A program made the position numbers and the translations under genes. Below, piece after piece: positions 63,488 through 64,000 of a stretch of 64,000 nucleotides of DNA. The stretch lies in NCBI GenBank assembly GCA_963668425.1, contig OY764332.1, positions 259,903 through 323,902 of the forward strand, written 5' to 3'. Numbering within the stretch: the stretch's first letter is position 1; each line of letters begins with the position of its first letter. This stretch comes from Minisyncoccota bacterium (lineage in GTDB: Bacteria > Patescibacteriota > Minisyncoccia > Phycocordibacterales > JABAAK01). The notes under the pieces are model-generated. The model was not told where the DNA came from. It made no database searches and saw only the letters and a list, made by a program, of their open reading frames with translations.

Positions 63488-64000
63488 ATGCGTTTTATTT
63501 CTCGTAAGAATGTGGGTATTGTGTTGGTGGTGATTGTGCTCTTTGTGGGTGCATATCTTATTGTGGTACAACCTATGTCAGAACAAAAAAATCGTACACA
63601 AGTTACGCTCGCTCAACATCAGGATTTTGTGATTGCAACGGGGCGAGTTGAGGCACGGAATGATGTTACTCTTTCGTTTGAAGGAGGAGGATCTGTTTCT
63701 CGTGTCATGTATCAATCTGGCAATGTGGTCTCTAAAGAGGCGGTTATCGCTTCACTGGATGCAGGAGGTCTGCGTGCAGATGTTGAGGCACAGCGATTGC
63801 GGGTTGAGCAGGAATCTATTCGCTTGGACAGTTTTGTTGATGGCCCTGAGGACATTGAGCGGACACGAGTTGAAGCAGACGTTGCTGTTGTTGAGAAAAT
63901 GATGGATCAAGAAGTACATCTTGCTCTTGTTTTGGCACAAAAAATTGCTGGTACTGTTGAGAACATGATACGCACTGAATTTGATACACTCTTTGAGATG
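63488..64000 (+). CDS. Periplasmic adaptor / membrane-fusion protein (HlyD/MacA family), 3'-truncated by the window end
   Basis: Open frame from the ATG at 63488 to the window end. N-terminal TM anchor, then IATGRVEARNDVTLSFEGGGSVSRVMYQSGNVVSKEAVIASLD, typical of the MFP beta-barrel/lipoyl start. Not in the supplied ORF track because it has no stop. Confidence 0.5.
   Translation, partial: MRFISRKNVGIVLVVIVLFVGAYLIVVQPMSEQKNRTQVTLAQHQDFVIATGRVEARNDVTLSFEGGGSVSRVMYQSGNVVSKEAVIASLDAGGLRADVEAQRLRVEQESIRLDSFVDGPEDIERTRVEADVAVVEKMMDQEVHLALVLAQKIAGTVENMIRTEFDTLFEM

Overview
This is a bacterial chromosomal window with roughly 40% GC and small, compact housekeeping genes: a ThrRS without the N-terminal extension, a 414-aa UvrC lacking the HhH tail, a class-I LysRS, and tRNA genes mostly without encoded CCA. 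That is consistent with a reduced-genome lineage, possibly CPR/Patescibacteria-like, but this is inference only. The housekeeping backbone on the right side (about 22.9-64 kb) includes msrB, an ABC-F ATPase, topA, thrS, uvrC, a P-type ATPase, bcp, tig, ppa, nusA, a multi-domain DD-carboxypeptidase, an MGMT-like protein, yraN, lysK, the CCA-adding enzyme, a HIT protein, tsaC, a nitroreductase, pgk-tpiA, rpmB, ung, dcd, ten tRNA genes plus one tRNA-like element, and RNase P RNA. The left 22.5 kb is an accessory, recombination-scarred region with six notable parts. (1) A 4.9-kb gene encodes a giant secreted Cys-rich protein with thrombospondin-type-1-like repeats and internal DNA tandem repeats. 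It is bracketed by about 1.2-kb inverted copies of a lipoprotein zinc-metallopeptidase gene, and a paralogous giant protein lies at 37.5-40.3 kb. (2) Three adjacent genes encode secreted Cys/His-rich modular paralogs; two end in a cupredoxin-like domain. (3) A divergent promoter/operator cassette is duplicated, once driving a zeta-toxin-like kinase and Fic-1, and again driving a DUF3800 protein and Fic-2. (4) A 3.0-kb islet sits at the 3' end of RNase P RNA, flanked by about 60-nt direct repeats. (5) Inverted tRNA-Ser genes, each followed by tandem about 200-bp repeats that carry the tRNA 3' end, bracket a 4.7-kb cassette containing bcp, the second giant Cys-rich protein and a tRNA-Arg. (6) An HTH-Panacea (DUF4065) antitoxin-like gene is paired with a small basic protein, a candidate toxin-antitoxin pair. 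Separately, tandem promoter/operator arrays are built on a GTGAAAC heptad palindrome. RNA gene and repeat coordinates come from hand folding and alignment; they are within a few nt at best and should be confirmed with tRNAscan-SE or Infernal.
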